From assembly GCA_951406725.2 (NCBI GenBank), contig OX597816.1, positions 14,694,001 to 14,758,000 of the forward strand: a stretch of DNA of 64,000 nt, written 5' to 3'. The stretch is from Octopus vulgaris. Its lineage: Eukaryota. This document shows positions 38,387-51,793 of this stretch, in pieces; positions within the stretch are counted from its first letter, which is position 1; each line of letters starts with the position of its first letter. The translations under genes were made by a program, and so were the position numbers. The notes under the pieces were generated by a model. It ran no database searches and was not told the origin of the DNA. It saw only the letters and a list, made by a program, of their open reading frames with translations.

Positions 38387-38935
38387 TCATCATCATCATC
38401 ATCATCGTTTAACGTCCGCTTTCCATGCTAGCATGGGTTGGATGATTTTGACTGAGGGCCGGCGAACCAGATGGCTGCACCAGGCTCCAATCTTGATCTG
38501 GCAGAGTTTCTACAGCTGGATGCCCTTTCTAACACCAACCACTCCAAGAGTGTAGTGGATGCTTTTTACGTGCCACCAGCACAGGGCAAGTCAGGCAGTA
38601 CTGGCAACGACCTCGCTCAAATCTTTTTACACATGCCACCTGCACAGGAGCCAGTAAGGCGATTCTGGTAACCAACACGCAAGAATGGTGCCTTTTACCT
38701 GCCACCAGCACAGAAGCCAGTTAGCCGCTCTGGCAACGATCACGCTCAGATGGTGCTCTAGGCACCCTACTAGCTCAAGCACAAGTGCCAGTAAGGCGGT
38801 GCCGGTGATGATCACACTCGAATGGTGCCTTTTATGTGCCACTGGCACAGAAGCCGGTTAGCCGCTCTGTCAACGATGGTGCTCTTTGCACCCCGCTAGC
38901 ATGGATGCCAGTCATCGAATTTGATTTTGATTCTA
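38387..38935 (-). mobile_element. RTE LINE 3' UTR remnant
   Basis: (CAT)n tail, family body, repeated hairpin modules. Confidence 0.8.
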
Positions 38936-39184
38936 TTTGCTTCATAATTATAGGTTTTGATTCCTAATTTGGAACAGGTAACGTAACTATGTCAGAGAGC
39001 ATGGAATTGATTTTAGAATAAGTGACAATCAAATAAAGATGTTGAATTATTTAGTACCATAAGCGCAACTGCTAATTTTACTATAATATTTGCTCACTAG
39101 CAAGGCACATAACTCTGCTTGTCCCACTCCACAAGTCTACTCTTGGCTTATGATGTGTGACAAGCATCAAACTATATTTTAAAT

Positions 39185-39814
39185 CACTGGTTCTCAACTG
39201 GGGTCCACGCTAGCAAAGTAGAAAATTAGGGATCCAGAGAAGTATTTTAAGGGTCCATAAAAATTTTACATTTAGATGTGCGCATATTGTAACAGTGGAG
39301 GTGCAATGGCCCAGTGGTTAGGGTAGTGAACTCGCAGTCGGAGGATCGCGGTTTCGATTCTCAGACTGGGTGTTGTGTGTGTTTATTGAGCGAAAACACC
39401 TAAAGCTAATATGAGGCTCCAGCAGGGGGTGGTGGCAACCCCTGTTATACTCTTCCACCCCAACTTTCTCTCACTCTTTCTTCCTGTTTCTTGGGTAACA
39501 CTGTGATGGACTGGCATCCCGTCCAGCTGGGGGGAACACATATATCACAGAAACCAGGAAACCGGGTCCATGAGCCTAGCTAGGCTTGAAAAGGGTGCAT
39601 AAATAAAAAAAAAATATTGCAACAAATATCTACATTTCTTTCTTTAATGTTTTACATAATTCAACGTATACAACTGAATGAGTGAATGACAAAACAGGAA
39701 TTTTGAAAGAAGAATGTATAAAATTAGCTTTTAAACATTGAATGGCTTTGGGGTCCACCAGAATAAAATACTAAACAAAAGGGTCCATAGTTAAGGAAAC
39801 AGTTGAGAACTACT
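39185..39814. mobile_element. hAT MITE with nested SINE D (39295-39613, tail type 3)
   Basis: Termini cactggttctcaact / agttgagaactactg; SINE TSD atattgYaaca. Confidence 0.75.
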
Positions 39815-39974
39815 GTTTAAGCTTTACCTTGTCTGATAGCATAAAAGACAAACATGTATATTAGATTCTCCTCAATTTCAGTAGAGCATATTCATGAACA
39901 AACTTTTTTTAATGCATTAAAACGCAACTTTGTATATAAGGCCTGAGGTGAATTCAGAATATTTTTTGAGATAA

Positions 39975-40237
39975 CATGCCAGCGCTGCTTTGACTGGCTT
40001 CCGTACCGGTGGCATGTAAAAAACACCAACTGATCATGGCCGTTGTCAGCCTCCACTGGCACATAAAAAGCACCCTCTACACGCACGGAGTGGTTGGCGT
40101 TAGGAAGGGCATCCAGCTGTAGAAACACTACCAGATCAGACTGGAGCCTGGTGCAACCTCCTGGCTTTCCAGACCCCGGTCGGACTGTCCAACCCATGCT
40201 AGCATGGAAAACGGACGTATCATGATGATGATGATGA
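39975..40237 (+). mobile_element. RTE LINE 3' UTR remnant
   Basis: ggcgttaggaagggcatccagctgtagaaa...catgctagcatggaaaa followed by (GAT)n. Confidence 0.8.
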
Positions 40238-40372
40238 CCTGCATATTACATACCATTAAATATGGCATTTCCTTTAACCATCTATGAGATTTAATTCTTC
40301 TTGCCACTCTTCACTTTGAATAAGAGATTTCTGATATAAAATACATCAAATCAATATTTTTGATTTACTTAC

Positions 40373-40453
40373 TGTAGGAGTTCTCTTGAATCTTCATTTG
40401 TCCAATCACAGCTTTCTTCTTGGTTTACCAGATTAAAGAACCTTGTTCGATTC
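40373..40453 (-). CDS. Pde11: PDE11-like exon (NRTRFFNLVNQEESCDWTNEDSRELLQ)
   Basis: ctcttttgacccag / gtaagt, 81 nt, phase 2-2; keeps the frame between the flanking exons. Confidence 0.92.
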
Positions 40454-41000
40454 CTGGGTCAAAAGAGAATCAACAAAATTATTAATAGAAATTAAATAAA
40501 GCAGATAAAAAAAAAACCCAAAAGAATTTCTTTTGAAAAGTATTTTGACATCACTTTATGTGATGGTTCAACTGTTTCTACATTCGAATAGTACAAGGAT
40601 TTATATTTAATGTTTTCAAAAAAATAGGTAATGGGTGGTGTGTACATGCACATTTCAAGAGTTATTGCTCTTTTTTCAGCACCACATCCAACTCATTAAC
40701 TATAACGTAAATGAAGGCATGTGGCCTACTGGTTAAGGGGTTGTACTCGTGATCATAAGATTGTAGTTTCGATTCCCAGACCTGATAGTGTGTTGAGTTC
40801 GTGAACAAAGCACTTCATTTCTCAATGTTCTGTTCCAGTCCACTCAGCAATAAGCAGGGGAATGTTGTGATCTCAGTCTCTTATACACCAAAGAAACTAG
40901 TTAACTGGCCCTATGAGCCCTATCAGCCCCAGGACCTGTGTCAATAATGTCCAGAAGTCGATAACAATATTACATTAGATAAAACAAACACGTAATTGTT

Positions 41001-41322
41001 CTCTAAGACTTCCCCTCGTGTCACAGCTTTGCGATGTTCATCGACCCTTATTTTGAGGGGCAGCATGTTTCGCCTTTGTATAACCTACCACATCTGCATG
41101 GGATGGAGTACATACAGTCTTTGATCTTATTCTCTTCTTTTTGTGGTTTTACTTGAAGGAGATATTAGCGAAGTGTTGTATTACTCTTGAATACTGTCCT
41201 GATGTGATATGGGCTGCATATATTTTGTATCTTTTCAGAGGAGCCTTTCACATATGGTAAACAGACCGTGGACAGTTTATTGGCCCCATCCTCTCTCTTC
41301 TTCATAATTGATATCAACCGCT
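41001..41322 (-). mobile_element. Decayed Penelope-like element ORF fragment (linker plus GIY-YIG endonuclease)
   Basis: VCLPYVKGSSEKIQNICSPYHIRTVFKSNTTLR*YLLQVKP...DCMYSIPCRCGRLYKGETCCP/KIRVDEHRKAV, with one stop and one frameshift. Confidence 0.85.
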
Positions 41323-41430
41323 TTATAGGTGTTGTATTAGTGGCACAGGTTTTAATGAGGGTTTAAGTTAGTAAGGTTACCAAATAACTTGCAAGACAAG
41401 TCCCCTTGATAGAGGTGGGGTACAATAATA

Positions 41431-42505
41431 TTAATGTAGTTCTCAGGGAGATTCAGCCTCACACAGAATGTGACAAGACTAGTCCTTCGAAACCGATGAG
41501 CATTTCAGATGATCCAATCAATGGAACAACCTGCTTGTGAAGCTAACATGCAAGTGGCTGAGTATACCACAGACACACATAATGTTAATGTAGTTCTCAG
41601 GGAGATTCAGCCTCACACAGAATGCGACAAGACTACTCCTTCGAAACCGATAGGCATTTCAGATGATCCAATCAATGGAACAGCCTGCTTGTGAAGCTAA
41701 CATGCAAGTGGCTGAGTATACCACAGACACACATAATGTTAATGTAGTTCTCAGGGAGATTTAGCCTGAAACAGAATGCGACAAGACTACTCCTTTGAAA
41801 CCGATGAGCATTTCAGATGATCCAATCAATGGAACAGACTGCTTGTGAAGCTAACATGCAAGTGGCTGAGTATACCACAGACACACATAATGTTAATGTA
41901 GTTCTCAGGGAGATTTAGCCTGACACAGAATGCGACAAGACTACTCCTTTGAAACCGATGAGCATTTCAGATGATCCAATCAATGGAACAGCCTGCTTGT
42001 GAAGCTAACATGCAAGTGGCTGAGTATACCACAGACACACATAATGTTAATGTAGTTCTCAGGGAGATTTAGCCTGACACAGAATGTGACAAGACTACTC
42101 CTTTGAAACCGATGAGCATTTCAGATGATCCAATCAATGGAACAGCCTGCTTGTGAAGCTAACATGCAAGTGGCTGAGTATACCACAGACACACATAATG
42201 TTAATGTAGTTCTCAGGGAGATACAGCCTGACACAGAATGTGACAAGACTAGTCCTTCGAAACCGATAGGCATTTCAGATGATCCAATCAATGGAACAGC
42301 CTGCTTTAAGAATAACATGCAAGTGGCTGAGTAGACCACAGACACACTCAGGGAGATTCAGCCTGACATAGAATGTGACAAGACTAGTCCTTCAAAACCG
42401 ATGAGCATTTCAGATGACCAATCAATGGAACAGCCTCCTTGTGAAGCTAACGTGCATGTGGCTGAGTATACCACAGACACACATAATGTTAATGTACTTC
42501 TCAGG
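41431..42505. repeat. 154-bp tandem array (~7 units) derived from the SINE E type-2 tail
   Basis: gatccaatcaatggaaca at 41511, 41665, 41819, 41973, 42127, 42281 and a shortened unit at ~42416. Confidence 0.92.
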
Positions 42506-42728
42506 CAGTCTTTTTACCATTACAATCATGCCAGCACCTATGAATTTAGATTTTATTTTAGATCACTTTAAAACAGGGAGCTTGTGGCATAGAACCTGGG
42601 GTCAGTCTCAGACATGTTGGTATCAAAAATGCTCCAGCATGGCTAATTTCATATATTTCTGGATGAAAAAAAAAAAAAAAGGAAAAAAAAATCCCAAAAT
42701 AGAAAAATAAAATGATTTTTTTCTTTAC

Positions 42729-42829
42729 CGGAAATATAAAGCCAGGTCCGTGGCTAAAATGGAACCTTCAAGAACTCGGACAATATTTCGGTATTCATCT
42801 TGACTTATATTGCTAAGGATGTCGTTTCC
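42729..42829 (-). CDS. Pde11: PDE11-like exon (GNDILSNISQDEYRNIVRVLEGSILATDLALYFR)
   Basis: ttctcctcttcag / gtaaag, 101 nt, phase 0-2; ILATDLA motif. Confidence 0.95.
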
Positions 42830-43004
42830 CTGAAGAGGAGAATAAAAAAAAATTTTTTAAATTGATAAATTAATTGATTTAGAATTTCTAGTGTTCAATA
42901 CAACAAAAACAAACAAAGCAAATGTTATGAAGCCGAAGGATTCAATACCTACAAATATGTTGTAGTGCACCTGAGTTTTGTGTACACAATAAGATTACCA
43001 TAAG

Positions 43005-43462
43005 ACTACTACTACTACAACTACCACTATTCTACTTCTACTACTATTCTACTTCTACTACTACTACTAATATTACTACTACCACTACTACTCCTACTAC
43101 TACTACTACTATTCTACTACTACTACTACTATTCTACTAATATTACTACTACCACTACCACCACTACTACTACTACCACCACAATTCTACTACTACTACT
43201 ACTAATACTACCACTATTCTACTACTACTAATACTACTACTACCACTACCACCACCATTATTCTACTACTACCACTACTACTACTACTATTACAACTAAC
43301 ACCATTATTCTACTACTACTAACACCATTACTACAACTACTACTACTAACACCATTATTCTACTACTACTACTACTACTACTAACACCATTATTCTACTA
43401 CTACTACTACTACTACTACTAACACCATTATTCTACTACTACTACTACTACTACTACTACTA
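43005..43462. repeat. Degenerate (CTA)n trinucleotide tract
   Basis: Seen directly. Confidence 0.95.
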
Positions 43463-43887
43463 AGGTGGTAAGCTGGCAGAATTGTTATCATGCTGGACAA
43501 TTTCTAATCCTCATTTAATCAATTAGTGCTCTTTTGTTGCCCTACTGGAGCAGCTCCTGTCAAACCATCCAACCCATGCCAGCACGGAAAACAGACGCTC
43601 AACGGTGAAAGTAAATACATCCATCTTCAGTTCAAGTCAGCGCAGATGCTTGCGTCATGTGTCTGGGTAAAATGGTGACATTCGGTTGACATTCACTATT
43701 AAAAAAATTATCCTAAAAGTCGTTACTTTTGAAGAGAAGTGGAATAGCCAAAAACTGAACAAAAGTCAACTAACGAGTCCACTAATGAAGCTGAAAATCT
43801 AATTAGATTGACACCCATGCAGATGCTAGAGACTGGCTTGTCTCCATCAGACAGATCTGATGATTAGAGTAAAATTTAAATGCACAT

Positions 43888-44064
43888 AGGCGCAGGGGTG
43901 GCTGTGTGGTAAGTAGCTTGCTTACCAATCACATGGTTCCGGGTTCATTCCCACTGCATGGCACCTTGGGCAACTGTCTTCTACTATAGCCTCGGGCTGA
44001 CCAAAGCCTTGTGGAGTGGATATGGTAGACGGAAACTGAAAGACGTCCGTCGTATATATGCATG

Positions 44065-44108
<44 letters not shown>

Positions 44109-44466
44109 CATATATATATATATATACATACATATATATATATACATACATATATATATATACATACATATATATATACATACATATATATATATATATA
44201 TGTGTGTGTATATATATATACATATATATATATACGTGTGTGTGTGTATGTATATGTTTGTGTGTCTGTGTTTGTCTCCCTAACATCGCTTGACAACCAA
44301 TGCTGGTGTGTTTACGTCCCCGTAACTTAGCGATTCGGCAAAAGAGACTGATAGAATAAGTACTAGGCTTCCAAAGAATAAGTCCTGGGGTCGGTTTGCT
44401 CAACTAAAGGCGGTGCTCCAGCATGGCCGTAGTCAAATGACTGATACAAGTAAAAGAGTAAAGAGT
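43888..44466 (+). mobile_element. SINE family A, full length
   Basis: Head aggcgcaggggtggctgtgtggtaag, B box ggttcattccc, long central microsatellite, tail. Confidence 0.88.
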
Positions 44467-44853
44467 ATATGTGCAAATGTAAATAGTCACAATTATATAA
44501 AGATGCTCACATTAAACTATTTAATATCCACATTAAATCTTTATTTAATATGCTAGTGGTTACCGGTTGCCTTTTTGTGTGGGAGTGTATACATATACAC
44601 CCATTAATTAGAAGCAACAAGCGGAGGGACGATGGAGGTATGATATAAAATGAGTTTCATGTGACAGCTTCGTATCATATTAATGTACAGAGAATATTAA
44701 TGTGTTAATGCTACAGGGGGAAATGATTAAGTCCATTAAGTTTGAATGCAAATTAATTTGGAATATCAAAATATAATATTCTCGGTATAAAATTATCACA
44801 AACATGCATACAAACATATGTGAATGTGTGTATATTTATATACATATCACATT

Positions 44854-44923
44854 ATCATCATCATCGTTTAACGTCCGCTTTCCATGCTAGCATGGAAAGC
44901 AGACGTTAAACGATGATGATGAT
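44854..44923. repeat. Fold-back palindrome of two RTE 3' tips
   Basis: (atc)n-gtttaacgtccgctttccatgct|agcatggaaagcagacgttaaac-(gat)n, one mismatch. Confidence 0.85.
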
Positions 44924-45097
44924 GATCAGTTGTGATTGTATTGAATATCGGCACCTGTCATCAATCCTACCCATGCATGCTCAAGAACACAACACACAGC
45001 CAAGTCTGGGGACTGAACTCACTACCTCATGATTGTGAGTCCGATGCTCTTACCACTGAGCCACGCACCATCACACAAAGAAAATATTACCTTGCCT

Positions 45098-45280
45098 GGA
45101 AAGAGGCGAAGGTTGGTGACAGGAGGGGTATCCAGCCATAGAAAAATCTACCTCGATAAATTCCATCTGAGCCAGGCAAGCATGGAAAAGAGGCGAAGGT
45201 TGGTGACAGGAAGGGTATCCAGCCATAGAAAAATCTACCTCGATAAATTCCATCTGAGCCAGGCAAGACATGGAAAAGTG
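45098..45280 (+). repeat. 87-bp tandem duplication within an RTE-related repeat
   Basis: aagaggcgaaggttggtgacagga at 45101 and 45188. Confidence 0.85.
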
Positions 45281-45721
45281 GATGATGTGGGTGCTGGTTA
45301 TGATGATGATGATGATGATGATGATGATAGTGGTGATGAAGATGATGGGAGATTAGCAAAATGTTTTTCTTTCAAAAAAAACAAAAAACAAAAAAAAAGA
45401 CAAAAAACAAACAAACAAAAACACCTGAATAGTCTAGATATTTTTTGAAAATTCAGTATTTCATTTGTTTCTGTCTGTCTGTCTGTCTCTCTTTCTCTCT
45501 CTGACATAGTGTATTGTTCATTGGTTGTGAAAATCAATGCTGTAGCAATTACTATCACAACAGATGTAAGCATTGAATTAGGGGAATAAACAGGAGATTA
45601 ACTAAGATCCAACACCAACCTGCAGCTGCGGCTTACTTTCTGTTTTATCTGATTTAATTATCAATTATCAATTGATGGAGAGCTGGGAAGGAAACAGTCT
45701 GAATAATCCTGCTTTCTAAAT

Positions 45722-46252
<531 letters not shown>

Positions 46253-46869
46253 AATGAAATTAGCAAAAGAAAAAAGAAAAAAATGGCTGGCATATATTTT
46301 ATCTCTATAAATATTTAAGATATATATATATATGTGTGTGTGTGTGTATGGGTGAATCGTATACATATATGTACACAAATACACACAGAAACATACATAC
46401 ATGTATGTATGTATCTATGTTTACAAACACACACAAACATAAACATACATATATGTGTAGGTGTTTAGGTTTACACATACACACACACACACAGAAACAA
46501 ACATATATTTGTATGTATATTTACACACACACATACAGAAACATACATATATATGTATGTATTTATGTTTACACACACACACATTTATTTATTTGTTTTG
46601 TAACACTTTTCTCTAAGCTAGCATAGGTAGCTTGAATATAATAATTTGTGGCATTGTTTTTTTTAGCCAGGTACCCAACCCCTGGCGCCAACCCTTATCA
46701 GTTTTACAAGTGAGGGATCACTAAACTCACACAATCTTAAAAGGAAGAAGCACCTGGATGGTTTGTTCACAGGAAAAACTTAGAAGGATATCACCATCAT
46801 TCTTTGATACAAATCCACTTAAGTTTACAGAAGGAAACTATCACAGACACACCAGTGCACATGCGCACA

Positions 46870-47413
46870 CATCATCATCATCATCGTCATCATCATTTAA
46901 AGTCTGTTTTCAATGCTGGCATGGGTTGGACGGTTCAACTGGGGTCTGGGAATCCAGGAGGCTGCACCAGGACCCAATCTGATCTAGCAGTGTTTCTACA
47001 GCTGGATGCCCTTCCTAATGCCAACCACTCTGAGAGTGTAGTGGGTGCTTTTTACGTGCCACCGACACAGGGCCCAGAGGAGTTGCATCGACCACGATTG
47101 GTTTGTGCTTTTTACATGCCACCAGCACAGGGGTCACAACTACAATTTCCATTTGATTGTAATTTGATATGATTTGATATTGATGTTGATGTACTTGACT
47201 CAATAGGTCTCCCCAAGCATAGCATGTTGCCCTACGATCCAAGGTAGCTTTGAGTGGGCTGGTTATGTGATGCTGGTGTAGGTTACAGCTGTGAACTCAC
47301 TTTATTTGCTGGGTCCTCTCAGTCACAGCACACCTCCAGAGGTCACGGCCTTCTGTCATTGCCTCTGTGAGGCCCAACGTTCGAAGGTCATGTTTCACCA
47401 CCTCATCCCACGT
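46870..47413 (-). mobile_element. 5'-truncated RTE LINE: ORF C-terminus, 3' UTR and (GAT)n tail
   Basis: TWDEVVKHDLRTLGLTEAMTEGRDLWRCAVTERTQQIK* followed by the family UTR. Confidence 0.85.
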
Positions 47414-47868
47414 AGATATGTATATTGACATACACACACACACACAGATATATATAGATATGTATATTTGCAAAAACACACACACACATATGTAGATATG
47501 TATATTTGCATACACACATACAATTAAAAGTGAGCTAACAAAAATAATCCAAAGTGGCCAGTGGCGTATATTTGAACAACACAGACAACAAAAATTCTTC
47601 ATTTACTAAAATTACCTCTGCCTCCAGAGGATTTGTCATAATTACTAAATGCCAATTATGACCAGCTGCACCTCAGAATGGAAGATAATCTTTAGATTCA
47701 AGATTCTCTCCAAAACTAATATGCCATTAGAGAAAAGAACACGTTTATTGTCTAAAAATAAGAGGACAGTCATGGACACATGTTTCTAGGGTTCATCAGA
47801 ACACTCTTACATGCACACACACACATTTTACATGTAGTGGATTTTTGTTTTCATACATAGTTATATGT

Positions 47869-48324
47869 AGGCGTAGGAGTGGCTGTGTGGTAAGTAGCTT
47901 GCTTACCAACCAGATTGTTCCGGGTTCAGTCCCACTGCGTGGAACCTTGGGCAAGTGTTTTCTACTATAGCCTCGGGCTGACCAAAGCCTTGTGAGTGGA
48001 TTTGGTAGACGGAAACTGAAAGAAGCCCATAGTATATATGTGTGTGTGTGTGTGTGTGTGTATGTATATATATATATGTATGTATGTATGCATGTGTGTG
48101 TATATGCTTGTGTGTCTGTTTGTCTCCCCCAACATCGCTAGACAACCGATGGTGGTGTGTTTATGTCTCCATAACTTAGCGGTTCTGCAAAAGAGACTGA
48201 TAGAATAAGTACTAGGCATCCAAAGAATAAGTCCTGTGGTCGATTTGCTTGAGTAAAGGTGGTGCTCCAGCATGGCCACAGTCAAATGACTGAAGCAAGT
48301 AAAAGAGTAAAATGAGTAAAGAGT
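47869..48324 (+). mobile_element. SINE family A, full length
   Basis: Head aggcgtaggagtggctgtgtgg, B box ggttcagtccc, tail. Confidence 0.88.
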
Positions 48325-49804
48325 ATAGCATGTAAAAGCATGCATTATACTCTGAGTGGGTTGCGTTAGGAAGGGCATCCAGCCAACATGGATGACAGAT
48401 GTTAAATGATGATGATGATGATGAAAAATATAACTGGATTTTCTTTAAACATGAAATGGTTACGAGGCTTCAGCTGAGTGAATTAGGAATTAAAGGGGTC
48501 CATAGGTAAAAAAAAAAATGGTTGAGAACCACTGACTACACCATATTTTTTCCTAGTCCCAAACCCTGCCACTTGTAAAATGAGAGAAAAAAAAACACGA
48601 TAACATTAGCTCTGTCCATTTCTAATCACAACCTCTCCCTCAACCACCCACATCTTGCAACTCCTCTTCCTCCTCCATCCTTCCACATCAAGATGTACAG
48701 TGAGCTAACAAAATACTTAACCGTATAATTTGTCGCTAAGTATTTTGTATATTGCCTCGTTAAGTATGTTGTTAGTTTGCAGTACTAAGTGTCAAGTTCT
48801 CCAATGTTTTGACGTGAAACAATTAAGAAGCCACTCTATTCTAGAAAGTGATGGAATTGGAAAAATCCCCAGTTTAATCCTTTCAATATCCTGCAGGAAA
48901 TTAGGACATGTAGCAGGAAATTAGGAACATGTAGCAGAAAATACAAAATATTGATTTATCCTACACCACTGCTACCGCCACCAGCACCAGCCGTCCAAGA
49001 ATTTGGACCTGGAGATTTCCATTTCCAGTGACTTCGAGGGCCGCCTCCCAGTGGTGTCAGGCATCAACGAAGAGCCCGTGTGTGTATGTGTTTGTGTGTC
49101 TTTGTTTGTCCTCCCAACATTGCTTGACAACTGATGCTGGTGTGTTTACATGCCCGTAACTTAGTGGTTCGGCAAAAGAGACCGATAGAATAAGTACTAG
49201 GCTTACAAAGAATAGGTCCTGGGGTTGATTTGCTTGACTAAAGGTGGTGTTCCAGCATGGCCACAATCAAATGACTGAAAGAAGTAAAAGATTATTGTCT
49301 TAGGACTGACCAAATCCTTGTAAATGGACAACCATAGTTTTTGCTTTTTTCGCAAAGACAACAAGACAACCATAGTTTTTCCTTTTTTCCAATGGTCTGG
49401 GGTCTCCGCCCCTAAGCCCTAGACCATCACCTCATCACCCTTACCCATCTTGTTGCTTAACAACAACAACAACAGCACCAGCATCACTGCCATTGCTAGC
49501 ACCATCATCAAACATCCACTTTTCCATAACCACATGGAAGAGACCAAATTCACTGAGGCAGATTTTCTCCAGCCAGGTTCCCCTCCTGTTGCCAAACCTT
49601 ACCTGTTTCCAAGCAAGGAAATAATTTCCCCACAGCTAGATAGGTCTTTCAAGGAAAACTAGAAATGAACTACACTGCTTTTACAATGGTGGTACTTGTT
49701 TACAACCATTACATGATGCCAAGAGGAAGGTGTACACAGACACACACACACACAAGCAACAGTCTTCCAGATCCATTTACGAGGATTTGGTCAGTCCCAA
49801 GGCA

Positions 49805-50160
49805 ATACTCTTTTACTTGTTTCAGTCATTTGACTGAGGCCATGCTGGAGCACCGCCTTTAGTCAAGCAAATTGACCCCAGGACTTATTCTTTGTAAGCC
49901 TAGTACTAATTCTATCAGTCTCTTTTGCAGAATCGCTAAATTATGGGGGTGTAAACACACCAGCATCAGTTGTCAAGTGATGTTGGGGGGACAAACACAG
50001 ACACATACATATATCATCATCATCATTGTTTAATGTCCATTTTCCATGCTAGCATGGGTTGGACTGTTCAACCGGGGTCTGGGAAGCCAGGAGGCTGCAT
50101 CAGGCTCCAGTCAGATCTGGAAATGTTTTTACAGCTGGATGCCCTTCCTAATGCCAACCA

Positions 50161-50225
<65 letters not shown>

Positions 50226-50368
50226 CATACATACATACATACACACAAGGCTTCGGTCGGCCCGAGACTATAGTAGAAGAAACTTGCCCAAGGTGCTATG
50301 CAGTGGAAGTGAACCAGAACCATGTGGTTCGTAAGCAAGCTACTTACCACACAGCCACTCCTATGCCT
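49805..50368 (-). mobile_element. SINE family A with an RTE 3' end (50012-50162) in its centre
   Basis: Family A halves flank RTE UTR sequence. Confidence 0.8.
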
Positions 50369-51204
50369 ATAGCAGAAGACACTCGCCAGGGTGCCACACA
50401 GTGGGACTGAACTCAAAACCACATGATTGAAAAGCAAGTTTCCCAACCACACAGCCAGGTTAGAATGAAAAACGGAAGGAAACAAAGGGAATCCCATCAT
50501 CTCCCCTGAGAACCACTGTCCATTAGTGGCTCGGCCTTACTTATTTTACTTATTTCACTGCAGAAATAAGATTCAGTGTTGTTCATGCATTTCATCAAAG
50601 CCAGTAAGTGGCGCAAATTTAGTTTAAAGAGCTGCAATCATGAACCGAAACTGTGTCTAGACTTCATTTGATGAGAAGATTCCACCTGACCTACTTTATA
50701 AATGTTACTCATTGAGTACCTACAAAACGCCAAGACCACCTCTGTTTCTCTTTCTCTTTCTCTCTCTCTCTCTATCCACTCACACACTTTCACAGACACA
50801 TACAAGTCATCATCTCATTACACATCTTCAAGTAGTGGGTATCTTGTAGATCTGTCAATAGCAATTGAAATGTTCTTCACTTGAAGTTGTAATCTAATAT
50901 TTTCATTCCATCTTGAAATTGTAAGTATTTCGATGCTGATGTCATCAACAGCAGAGAGTTTATCATCATCGTCATCTTAATTGTGTTAACGTGCATTCTT
51001 CCACGTTTGCATGCGCTGAATGGTACTTAGGGAGACAAATTCTTCTTTTTTTTTTTTACTGCCAAATGCTCTTCCCGTCACCAACCCTCACCTGTTCCCA
51101 AGCAAGGTAACAGTCCCCATGTCCAAACATGTTGTCAAAGAAGATTAGAAATAAAGGACACTGCTTGTATAACAGGGACACTCGTTTACAACTAATACAC
51201 AATG

Positions 51205-51712
51205 TCAAAATCAAAATCAAATTCGATGACTGGCGTCCATGCTAGCAGGGTGCAAAGAGTACCATACGAGTGTGATCATTGACAGAGCAGCTAACCAGCT
51301 TCCGTGCCAGTGGCACTTAAAAGGCACCATTCAAGTGTGATCGTTACCAGCGTCGCCTTTCTGGCACTCGAGCCCCATGCTAGTTGGGTATTAAGAGCAC
51401 CATCCAAGCGTGATCGTTGCCTGAGTGGCTATCTGGCCTCCTTGCCCGCCTTACTGGCACCTGTGCCAGTGGCATGTGTAAAAAGATTCGAGCAAAGTCG
51501 TTGCCAAGTACCGCCTGACTGGCCCCATGCTGGTGGCACGTAAAAGCACCCACTACACTCTCGGAGTGCTTGGCGTTAGGAAGGGCATCCAGCTGTAGAA
51601 ACTCTGCCAGATCAAGATTGAAGCCTGGTGCAGCCACCTGGTTCGCCAGACCTCAGTCAAATCGTCCAACCCATGCTAGCATGGAAAGCGGACGTTAGAT
51701 GATGATGATGAT
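51205..51712 (+). mobile_element. RTE LINE 3' UTR remnant
   Basis: Reverse complement of 38387-38935. Confidence 0.8.
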
Positions 51713-51793
51713 GTAGTTATGCACACACAAATGTACAAGGATTAATACTTTATTTTGGTCAAGCTAGTCTCTTGGTACTTTGAATTTCAACTG

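Noticed and set aside
41431-42505. CRISPR-like array
   Set aside because: Whole units repeat with no unique spacers; SINE-derived, eukaryotic context, no cas genes.
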